This document shows positions 29,820-37,401 of a stretch of 45,541 nucleotides of DNA, piece after piece. The DNA is from a virus (Duplodnaviria; Heunggongvirae; Uroviricota; Caudoviricetes). The translations under genes and the position numbers were made by a program. The stretch lies in IMG/VR virus record IMGVR_UViG_3300008262_000026; one strand, written 5' to 3'. The notes under the pieces were generated by a model. The model searched no databases and was not told the origin of the DNA. It saw nothing but the letters and a program-made list of their open reading frames with translations. Numbering within the stretch: the stretch's first letter is position 1; each line of letters opens with the position of its first letter.

Positions 29820-31019
29820 ATGTCTCGTGGAGATTTACAAGAAATGGAAGTAGGCACAAAGCAATCCAGAACCGCCGTAAATGCAAATGCAAAGGCGGGA
29901 GATGCAATGCCAAAATTATCAGGAAATATTCCTGATGGGCAAACTGCAGGTTGGGAAGATCTTGGTGGACCAACACCAGAAAATTATAAATCAGATGATA
30001 ATTCTGCAAAACTTAAAACACCTGGAGCAACACTCAAGCAAGTAAGAGATGTTGTCAATAAGGGTGCCAAGGGAGCGGATCCAATGAAAGGTATGAAGAA
30101 AGAAGATGTTGAGTATGATGAAGACGAAGAACTCTTAGAAGAGACTGATGAGGATGAAGAGATTGGTGAGGATGAAATCGTAGAGGCAAAAGAGGAAGAA
30201 GATAAGGAAGAAGAGGAAGAAGGAAAGAAAAAGGGCAAAAAAGAAGAAGATGATGAAGATGAAGAGGATGAAGATGAGGAAATGGAAGAAGAGTTCAGCA
30301 TTGAAGAAGATGTAAATGCTCTTCTTGAAGGTGAAGAACTCTCCGAAGAGTTCCAAGAAAAGGCACGCACAATCTTTGAAGCTGCACTTCGCTCTAAGGT
30401 GGGTGACATCAAAGAAGCTCTAGAAGAGCAATATGCAGTTGCTCTTGCTGAAGAAGTTGAGGAAATCAAGGCAGAACTCAGCGAGCGTGTTGATGCATAC
30501 CTTGAGTATGTGTCTGATGAGTGGTTCACTGAGAACGCACTTGTCATTGAACAAGGTCTTAAGACCGAAATGACCGAATCATTCCTACAAGGAATGAAGG
30601 GTCTTTTTGAAGAACATTATGTATCAATCCCTGAAGATAAATATGATGTACTTGAGAGTATGGTAGAAAAACTTGATGAAATGGAGACAAAACTCAACGA
30701 GCAAATTGAGAAAAACGTTTCCCTTAACAAGCGTCTCGCAGAGTCGGTTGCTGATGGAATCTTTGAACAAGTCGCTGAAGGTCTTGCAGACACTCAGAAG
30801 GACAAGCTCGCTTCACTTGCCGAAAGTGTTGAGTTTGAAAGTGAAAGAGAATATCGTGAAAAACTGGAGACATTGAAGGAATCATATTTTCCTTCAAGAG
30901 TAGTTTCTCCTAATGCAAAAACTGAAACCTTGTCTGAAGGTGTAGATAGTGCTCCAGAAGCAATTTCTGGATCAATGGCTGCATACCTCAAGACACTTTC
31001 AGCATTCCGCAAAAATTGA
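29820..31019 (+). CDS. gp22: Prohead core scaffold protein gp22
   Basis: ELSEEFQEKARTIFEAA, VDAYLEYV..EW, KLETLKESYF motifs; long acidic low-complexity tract; position between g21 and g23. Confidence 0.93.
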   Translation: MSRGDLQEMEVGTKQSRTAVNANAKAGDAMPKLSGNIPDGQTAGWEDLGGPTPENYKSDDNSAKLKTPGATLKQVRDVVNKGAKGADPMKGMKKEDVEYDEDEELLEETDEDEEIGEDEIVEAKEEEDKEEEEEGKKKGKKEEDDEDEEDEDEEMEEEFSIEEDVNALLEGEELSEEFQEKARTIFEAALRSKVGDIKEALEEQYAVALAEEVEEIKAELSERVDAYLEYVSDEWFTENALVIEQGLKTEMTESFLQGMKGLFEEHYVSIPEDKYDVLESMVEKLDEMETKLNEQIEKNVSLNKRLAESVADGIFEQVAEGLADTQKDKLASLAESVEFESEREYREKLETLKESYFPSRVVSPNAKTETLSEGVDSAPEAISGSMAAYLKTLSAFRKN

Positions 31020-31071
31020 ATTTAATATAATTCAAACAAAAAACGCACTTTAGTAAAAAGGTAAAAAGCAA

Positions 31072-31293
31072 ATGTTCCATTCAGAGCATCTGCAGGAAAA
31101 GTGGGCACCCCTTCTCGACTATCAGGGTCTTGATCCAATCAAAGATTCTCATCGTAGAGCTGTAACCGCTGTCCTGTTAGAAAACCAAGAAAAATTCTTA
31201 AGAGAAGAATCAGCATTTAATTCAGGTGGCATCGGCAACCTGATGGAATCCCCAATCACCAACTCAGGTAAGCAGGTTTTGACCCCGTTCTGA
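31072..31293 (+). CDS. gp23: Major capsid protein gp23, N-terminal fragment (frameshifted)
   Basis: MFHSEHLQEKWAPLLDY..HRRAVTAVLLENQE is the gp23 N-terminus; similarity stops after ESPITNSG and TGA follows at 31291-31293. Confidence 0.9.
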   Translation: MFHSEHLQEKWAPLLDYQGLDPIKDSHRRAVTAVLLENQEKFLREESAFNSGGIGNLMESPITNSGKQVLTPF

Positions 31294-32450
31294 TTTCCCT
31301 CATTCGTCGTTCAATGCCTAACCTGGTCGCTTATGACCTCGCTGGCGTTCAACCAATGAGCGGTCCTACAGGACTCATCTTCGCAATGCGTTCACGTTAC
31401 ACTGGACAAAGTGGCACCGAAGCTTTCTACAATGAAGTAGATTCTGCATTCTCTGGTCAGAATGCCGCTTTCGACAGAAATGCAGGATTCAGTTCAGTTA
31501 CTTCTGGTCTGGGTACTACTGCACAGTCAGGAACCAACCCATCAGTATTGAACCCAGTAGGTGGTGCAGGAGATAATCTTGCATACGATGCTGGTCAGGG
31601 AATGGTAACTGGCGACTCAGAGCAACTTGGTGGTGATTCTGGTCAATTTAACCAGATGGCATTCTCAATCGAGAAAGTCACCGTTACCGCAAAGTCACGC
31701 GCTCTGAAAGCCGAGTATTCACTTGAGCTTGCTCAAGACCTTAAGGCAATCCACGGTCTGAATGCTGAAGCGGAATTGGCAAATATTCTCTCTACAGAGA
31801 TTCTTGCCGAAATCAACCGCGAAGTTATCAGAACCATCTATAAGGTTGCTGAACAGGGTGCTGTACAGAACGTAGCAACTCCTGGCGTATTTGACCTGGA
31901 CGTTGACTCCAACGGTCGTTGGTCAGTTGAGAAGTTCAAGGGTCTTCTGTTCCAAATTGAGCGTGATGCCAACGCAATCGCTCAAAGAACTCGTAGAGGA
32001 AAGGGCAACATTGTCATGTGCTCTGCTGACGTTGCTTCAGCACTGACCATGGCTGGTGTTCTTGACTACACCCCCGCACTCAACGCTAACCTTAACGTTG
32101 ATGATACTGGCAATACATTTGCTGGTACTTTGATGGGCAAATTCCGTGTCTATATTGACCCATATTCTGCTAACCTGACTTCCTCGAACGGAACTCCAGG
32201 CAACCAGTACTATGTTGTCGGTTATAAGGGTTCTTCCCCCTATGACGCAGGAATCTTCTATTGTCCTTATGTTCCTCTCCAAATGGTTCGTGCCGTTGGT
32301 GAGAACAGCTTCCAGCCTAAGATTGGCTTTAAGACCCGTTATGGTCTTGTTGCAAACCCATTTGCAGAAGGCACTGAGCAGGGTCTTGGAAGACTTCAGG
32401 TTAATGCAAACCGTTACTACAGACGTGTTGCAGTCAAAAACCTTATGTGA
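31272..32450 (+). CDS. gp23: Major capsid protein gp23, main body (-1 frame relative to the N-terminal fragment)
   Basis: Frame opens after TAA 31269-31271 and reads AGFDPVLISLIRRSMPNLVAYD...KSRALKAEYSLELAQDLKAIHGL...FQPKIGFKTRYG; the track ATG 31314 is internal to the conserved motif. Confidence 0.95.
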   Translation, partial: AGFDPVLISLIRRSMPNLVAYDLAGVQPMSGPTGLIFAMRSRYTGQSGTEAFYNEVDSAFSGQNAAFDRNAGFSSVTSGLGTTAQSGTNPSVLNPVGGAGDNLAYDAGQGMVTGDSEQLGGDSGQFNQMAFSIEKVTVTAKSRALKAEYSLELAQDLKAIHGLNAEAELANILSTEILAEINREVIRTIYKVAEQGAVQNVATPGVFDLDVDSNGRWSVEKFKGLLFQIERDANAIAQRTRRGKGNIVMCSADVASALTMAGVLDYTPALNANLNVDDTGNTFAGTLMGKFRVYIDPYSANLTSSNGTPGNQYYVVGYKGSSPYDAGIFYCPYVPLQMVRAVGENSFQPKIGFKTRYGLVANPFAEGTEQGLGRLQVNANRYYRRVAVKNLM

Positions 32451-32472
32451 ACCACGGTTCATATTTTATCTG

Positions 32473-32497
32473 GAGGGTCTTCGGACCCTCTTTTTTT
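32473..32497 (+). terminator. Rho-independent terminator after g23 with C(UUCG)G tetraloop
   Basis: GAGGGTC-TTCG-GACCCTC followed by T7. Confidence 0.95.
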
Positions 32498-32499
32498 GT

Positions 32500-32506
32500 C
32501 TAAATA
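32500..32506 (+). promoter_or_regulatory. Late promoter variant (CTAAATA)
   Basis: TAAATA core immediately after the g23 terminator, upstream of g3. Confidence 0.6.
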
Positions 32507-32520
32507 CTTAAAAAAATACA

Positions 32521-33069
32521 ATGACTAGAGGACAAATTGAGAATAGAAATTTTCTTTCTCCGACTGGATTTAAATTTACATTAGCAAGAGAACCAAAAGT
32601 AGCATTTTTTTGTAATCAGGCGAATATTCCAGATTTAAATCTTGGAGTTGCTATTCAACCGACATATACAAAAATGTTACCAACTCCAGGTGACATTATT
32701 GAATTTGGAGATTTGTCCATAAGATTTTTAGTTGATGAAAATCTTGAAAACTATATGTGCATCCAAAACTGGATTCGTGGTATGGGATTTCCGGAGAGAT
32801 TGGGGCAATTTGCTGAGTTGGAAGAAAAGGGATTTGCTCAAGGTAATTATGCTAAAGACCGACAGAATGTGTATTCCGATGGTACATTGCAGGTTTTAAC
32901 TAGTAGTCAAATACCAAACTTTCAGGTAATGTTTCAGGATTTATTTCCATATACATTGTCAACATTGACATTTGATGCTACGGATACTGATATTCAGTAC
33001 TTTACAGCGGACGTATCTTTCAAGTATACTATCTACAATATATTCGATTTAAGTGGAAATAGGTTATGA
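32521..33069 (+). CDS. gp3: Tail tube terminator / tail completion protein gp3
   Basis: NFLSPTGFKF, FFC..ANIP, F.DL.IRFLVDENLENY, DLFP..L motifs. Confidence 0.88.
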   Translation: MTRGQIENRNFLSPTGFKFTLAREPKVAFFCNQANIPDLNLGVAIQPTYTKMLPTPGDIIEFGDLSIRFLVDENLENYMCIQNWIRGMGFPERLGQFAELEEKGFAQGNYAKDRQNVYSDGTLQVLTSSQIPNFQVMFQDLFPYTLSTLTFDATDTDIQYFTADVSFKYTIYNIFDLSGNRL

Positions 33070-33503
33070 GCATTGATTTAGATAATATTCAAAAAATGTG
33101 GGAAGAAGATTCAAAAATGGATATTGACAATCTTCATACAGAATCGTTAAATATTCCAATTCTTCACGCAAAGTATTTTGACCTCTATAATACAATTAAT
33201 CTATTGAAGAAGAAGGCAGAGCAGCAAAGAAAAAAAATAAGGCACGAAAGATATGAATACTTTACCGGTAAAGCAGACCCAGAAGTATATCTAGAAAATC
33301 CATTCCCCAAAAAGATTCGTGATAAGGAGACACTTCAGGGATATTTGGATTCAGACGATAAATTAGCACAAACCGCACTTAAAATTGAATACTACGAAAC
33401 AATGCTTTCATATTTGGACAGCATCTTAAAAATGATATCAAACCGAACATATCAAATCAAAAACTCTATTGATTTTATTCGTTTCCAATCTGGATTGGGG
33501 TAG
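33066..33503 (+). CDS. uvsY: Recombination mediator UvsY
   Basis: HAKY..LY, R.EYFTGKA, YL.SD, NRTYQIKN.IDF..FQSG motifs; between g3 and uvsW. Confidence 0.88.
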   Translation: MSIDLDNIQKMWEEDSKMDIDNLHTESLNIPILHAKYFDLYNTINLLKKKAEQQRKKIRHERYEYFTGKADPEVYLENPFPKKIRDKETLQGYLDSDDKLAQTALKIEYYETMLSYLDSILKMISNRTYQIKNSIDFIRFQSGLG

Positions 33504-33510
33504 ATAAATA
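33504..33510 (+). promoter_or_regulatory. T4-type late promoter (ATAAATA)
   Basis: Upstream of uvsW. Confidence 0.65.
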
Positions 33511-33521
33511 CTCATAGTAAT

Positions 33522-34994
33522 ATGAATGCTATGAGTGACGTAATTATTGAGAAGAAGAATGAAGTTTATTTAAAACTCTCTTGCGAGCCGCATATTTTAT
33601 ATGAACTTCAGCAATATTTTACATTTGAGGTTGAATCCGCAAAATTTATGTCCCACTACAGAAGTAGGCATTGGGATGGAAAGATTCGCCTTTTAAGCAC
33701 CCATACTGGGGAAATTTATGTTGGGTTACTGGATAAAGTAATCGAAAAACTTAAACTTCATAACTATACATACGAATTTAAAGAAAATAAGTTTTACGGA
33801 CAACCATTTGAAATTAATGAATTTGTTTCATATGAGGGAGTAAAGGATTATATGTCCTCTATTTGCTCTCATTCTCCGCGTCAGTATCAAATAGAGGGAG
33901 TATATGATGCTTTACGGCACAATCGAAAGTTACTGATAAGTCCAACTGCGTCAGGAAAAAGTCTGATGATTTACGGCCTCGTGCGGTATTATGTGGATAG
34001 AGGGCAAAAAATTCTTTTAGTTGTTCCAACGACATCTCTTGTAGAGCAGATATACAAGGATTTTCAAGATTATGGATGGGATTCTGATTCATACTGTCAC
34101 CGAATTTATTCTGGTAAGGAAAAGACAAATGAATTTCCAGTTACTATTACAACTTGGCAATCAGTATATAAACTAGAAAGGTCATTCTTTGAAGAATACA
34201 ATGTAATTATAGGAGATGAGGCTCACCTTTTCAAGAGCAAATCTCTAATTGAAATAATGACCAAACTTCATCACGCGAAATATCGTTTTGGATTCACAGG
34301 AACTTTAGATGGCACCCAAACGCACAAATGGGTGCTTGAGGGATTGTTTGGTCCATCTTATAAAGTTACAAGAACAGACGAGCTAATGAGGCAGGGACAC
34401 CTCTCTCAATTAGATATTCGCTGCATAGTATTAAAACATCCTCCACGAAGATTTGAAACCTATGAGGAAGAGATTCAGTATTTAATCTCCCACGAACAAC
34501 GAAATAAATTTATCACAAATCTCACTCTGGATTTAAAGGGAAATACTCTTGTACTTTTTTCTAGAGTAGAGGCACACGGAGCAATACTTTACGAAAGAAT
34601 AAATAGTAATAGAAAAGAAAAGCAAAAAGTATTCTTTGTTCATGGTGGAGTTGATACCGAAGAAAGAGAATTGGTTAGAGAAATTACTGAAAGGGAAAAC
34701 AATGCAATTATTGTTGCTTCTTATGGAACTTTCTCTACTGGTATCAATATCAAAAACCTCCACAATGTAATTTTTGCTTCTCCTTCCAAATCAAGAATTA
34801 GAAACTTGCAGTCAATTGGAAGAGTTTTGAGAAAGGGTAAGGACAAGACAAAAGCAGTTCTTTATGATATTGCTGATGATTGTACTCATAACTCAAGAAA
34901 AAATTATACTCTCAACCACCTCATTGAAAGAATTAAAATATATAACGAAGAAAACTTTAACTACGAAATTATCACAGTACAACTAAAAAAATAA
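33522..34994 (+). CDS. uvsW: SF2 DNA helicase UvsW (start may be 33531)
   Basis: WDGKIRL, SPTASGKS, DEAH, GFTGT, QSIGRVLR motifs. Confidence 0.96.
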   Translation: MNAMSDVIIEKKNEVYLKLSCEPHILYELQQYFTFEVESAKFMSHYRSRHWDGKIRLLSTHTGEIYVGLLDKVIEKLKLHNYTYEFKENKFYGQPFEINEFVSYEGVKDYMSSICSHSPRQYQIEGVYDALRHNRKLLISPTASGKSLMIYGLVRYYVDRGQKILLVVPTTSLVEQIYKDFQDYGWDSDSYCHRIYSGKEKTNEFPVTITTWQSVYKLERSFFEEYNVIIGDEAHLFKSKSLIEIMTKLHHAKYRFGFTGTLDGTQTHKWVLEGLFGPSYKVTRTDELMRQGHLSQLDIRCIVLKHPPRRFETYEEEIQYLISHEQRNKFITNLTLDLKGNTLVLFSRVEAHGAILYERINSNRKEKQKVFFVHGGVDTEERELVREITERENNAIIVASYGTFSTGINIKNLHNVIFASPSKSRIRNLQSIGRVLRKGKDKTKAVLYDIADDCTHNSRKNYTLNHLIERIKIYNEENFNYEIITVQLKK

Positions 34995-35000
34995 TAAAAT

Positions 35001-35390
35001 ATGGAAGAAGATTTTTATGCTACCGTTAAATTAAAAACAGGAGAAGAAATATTTTGTAAAGTTGCTGCATCTGAAGAAGATGATAGAACTTTATTGATAA
35101 TTTCAAATCCTATTATTGTTGCAGAAATTAAAAGTAGAACGGGATTAGTTGGATATAAAGTAGAACCCTGGTTAAAAACCACAACAGATGATATGTTTAT
35201 TATTAATATTGAAGACGTATTAACTCTTTCTGAGTCGTCTGACATAGAGATGATTATGCTTTATCAATCCTACATTAGACAATCCGATAAAGAAAGAAGC
35301 AATCAATCTAAATTGAATAGAAGAATGGGATATATCTCTAATGTTAATGATGCTAAAGAGATTCTAGAAAAGCTTTATAAAAATAGCTAA
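35001..35390 (+). CDS. Conserved-type hypothetical protein (possible Sm-like N-terminal fold)
   Basis: 129 aa; FYATVKLKTGEEIF motif; usual cyanophage position between uvsW and g55. Confidence 0.8.
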   Translation: MEEDFYATVKLKTGEEIFCKVAASEEDDRTLLIISNPIIVAEIKSRTGLVGYKVEPWLKTTTDDMFIINIEDVLTLSESSDIEMIMLYQSYIRQSDKERSNQSKLNRRMGYISNVNDAKEILEKLYKNS

Positions 35391-35418
35391 AGCTCACTTA
35401 TCAAACCTCACAAAGGTA

Positions 35419-35447
35419 ATTATACAGAGATTCCATAGGGTTGTCAA
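35419..35447 (-). promoter_or_regulatory. Antisense sigma70-type promoter TTGACA-N17-TATAAT
   Basis: Reverse complement: TTGACA (35447-35442), 17 nt, TATAAT (35424-35419); perfect consensus. Confidence 0.75.
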
Positions 35448-35469
35448 ATGCCATTAGAAATGTTATAAT
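35441..35469 (+). promoter_or_regulatory. sigma70-type promoter of g55 (TTGTCA-N17-TATAAT, extended -10)
   Basis: TTGTCA 35441-35446, TG 35461-35462, TATAAT 35464-35469. Confidence 0.8.
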
Positions 35470-35494
35470 ATCTACATAATAATGATAAAAACTT

Positions 35495-35992
35495 ATGATA
35501 AGCACAGCGGTTATGACCAAGAGAAAGAGGTCAGAGCATTACGTTAATAACAAAGAGTTTCTGGCAGCACTTATTAAGTATCGCGAGGACAAGGAGATTG
35601 CCCTTCTTCAAGACAAGCCAAAACCACCTATTCCCAGATATATTGGCGAGTGTTTCTTGAAGATCGCAAATCATCTCTCCTTTAAGCCCAACTTTGTAAA
35701 TTACATGTTTAAGGAAGACATGATTTCCGATGGGATTGAAAACTGCGTTCAGTACATTCACAACTTCAATCCCGAAAAGTCACAAAACCCCTTTGCATAT
35801 TTTACTCAAATCATCCATTATGCTTTTATTCGTAGAATCACAAGAGAAAAGCGTCAATTAGAAATCAAGAATAAAATTCTTGAGCGTTCTGGGTTCAGTG
35901 AGGTCTTTACTGACGACAACACTATTGACGGGGGGAACTATTCGGACTACAATAGCATCAAGGACGAAATTCACAGTAAATTGAGGTATTGA
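35495..35992 (+). CDS. gp55: Late-transcription sigma factor gp55
   Basis: HYVNNKEFL, NFVNYMFKEDMISDGIENC, NPFAYFTQI motifs. Confidence 0.96.
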   Translation: MISTAVMTKRKRSEHYVNNKEFLAALIKYREDKEIALLQDKPKPPIPRYIGECFLKIANHLSFKPNFVNYMFKEDMISDGIENCVQYIHNFNPEKSQNPFAYFTQIIHYAFIRRITREKRQLEIKNKILERSGFSEVFTDDNTIDGGNYSDYNSIKDEIHSKLRY

Positions 35993-36002
35993 TTTTTTAG
36001 TA

Positions 36003-37037
36003 ATGAAGATTGCAATTATCACCGATACTCATTATGGCGCGAGAAAGGGGTCTAAACTCTTTCACGACTACTTTGAACTCTTCTATAAGAATGTGTTCTT
36101 CCCAACGCTGGAACAGTATGGGATTACAACAGTTATTCATATGGGAGATGCTTTTGATAGTCGCAAATCAATTGATTATCAAAGTTTGGAGTGGGCTAAA
36201 AGAGTTGTATTTGAACCCCTTTCCAAATATCAGGTTCATATGATTGTGGGAAATCATGATAGTTACTATAAAAACACTAATAATACAAACTCACCAGAAC
36301 TTCTTCTGAAAGATTATCTGAATATTCAAACTTATTCTTCTCCTACTGAAATTAAAGTTGAGAATCTTGATATTCTTCTCCTTCCATGGATTTGCTCAGA
36401 AAATGAAGAGCAATCCTTGAAAATGATTAAGAAAACCAAAGCAAAAGTTGCTATGGGTCATCTTGAACTTCATGGATTTAGAGTAAATAGGCAAATTGTA
36501 ATGGAACATGGACTGGAAGCAAATCTTTTTAAAAACTTCACGAAGGTATTTTCTGGTCATTACCACACTCGTTCTAATAATGGAACTGTGTTCTATCTCG
36601 GCAATCCTTATGAGATATACTGGACAGATGTAAATGATACTCGCGGATTTACTATCTTTGATACTGAAACCTTAGAGCATACTCCAATCAATAATCCATA
36701 TAAAATGTTTCATAACATTTACTATGAGGACACTGATTTTCAAACTTTTGATACAAGAGAGTACGCAAATAAGATTGTAAAAGTTATTGTCCGCAAAAAA
36801 ACAAATACTAAAAAGTTTGAAAAATTCATAGATAAACTTTATGAAGCAAATATTTCAGAGTTGAATATCATTGAAAATTTTGATATTCAAGAACCTGAAG
36901 AGTTTGATGTGTTTGAAAGCGAGGATACAATTTCTATCTTGAATAGATATATTGAGGAAGCAGAAATCAATCTTGATAAATCTGTTATTCAAAAATTAAT
37001 GCAAGAAATCTATCAGGAAGCGTGTGAATTGGTTTAA
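36003..37037 (+). CDS. gp47: Recombination nuclease subunit gp47 (Mre11/SbcD-like)
   Basis: DTHYG, GDAFD, GNHD, GHYH phosphoesterase motifs. Confidence 0.96.
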   Translation: MKIAIITDTHYGARKGSKLFHDYFELFYKNVFFPTLEQYGITTVIHMGDAFDSRKSIDYQSLEWAKRVVFEPLSKYQVHMIVGNHDSYYKNTNNTNSPELLLKDYLNIQTYSSPTEIKVENLDILLLPWICSENEEQSLKMIKKTKAKVAMGHLELHGFRVNRQIVMEHGLEANLFKNFTKVFSGHYHTRSNNGTVFYLGNPYEIYWTDVNDTRGFTIFDTETLEHTPINNPYKMFHNIYYEDTDFQTFDTREYANKIVKVIVRKKTNTKKFEKFIDKLYEANISELNIIENFDIQEPEEFDVFESEDTISILNRYIEEAEINLDKSVIQKLMQEIYQEACELV

Positions 37038-37309
37038 TGTTTATTCTAACAATTAACGGCAGGGAAACAGAAGGTGCATATTCGGTAATCAATGATGAAG
37101 GGGAACATATTTTGTATCTCTTTCAGGAAGAAGATGATGCCACAAGATATGCTATGATGTTAGAGGAAGATGATTATCCCGAAATGCATATAATAGAGAT
37201 TGAAGATGATGTAATGATAAAAACCTGCGAAATGCATGGATATCAGTACGTAGTCATTACTCCAGATGACATTGTAATTCCTCCGAATTTGGATCATAAT
37301 TTTATTTGA
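37037..37309 (+). CDS. Acidic hypothetical protein between g47 and g46
   Basis: 90 aa, coupled to the g47 stop (TAATG). Confidence 0.8.
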   Translation: MFILTINGRETEGAYSVINDEGEHILYLFQEEDDATRYAMMLEEDDYPEMHIIEIEDDVMIKTCEMHGYQYVVITPDDIVIPPNLDHNFI

Positions 37310-37401
37310 AAATTTTTGGAATTTATGAAATCCACGACAAGGACTGGACAAAAAACCAAAAATTTGATAGGATACCTACAGTAATAAATTTTGTGTTGTG
37401 A
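37306..37401 (+). other. 31-aa mini-ORF or endonuclease scar coupled at both ends
   Basis: TTG 37306 overlaps the upstream TGA (TTGA); its TGA 37399-37401 overlaps the g46 GTG (GTGA); peptide MKIFGIYEIHDKDWTKNQKFDRIPTVINFVL. Confidence 0.45.

Noticed and set aside
29984-30547. Poly-Ser minus-strand ORF
   Set aside because: Mirror of the GAA/GAT/GAG acidic tract of gp22.
31265-31277. CAG/GTAAG...CAG/G resembles spliceosomal splice sites
   Set aside because: Bacteriophage context has no spliceosome and an 8-nt intron is not viable.
31261-31314. Group I intron or intein as the cause of the g23 split
   Set aside because: There is no extra sequence between the two halves; the region is short of sequence, not interrupted by an insert.
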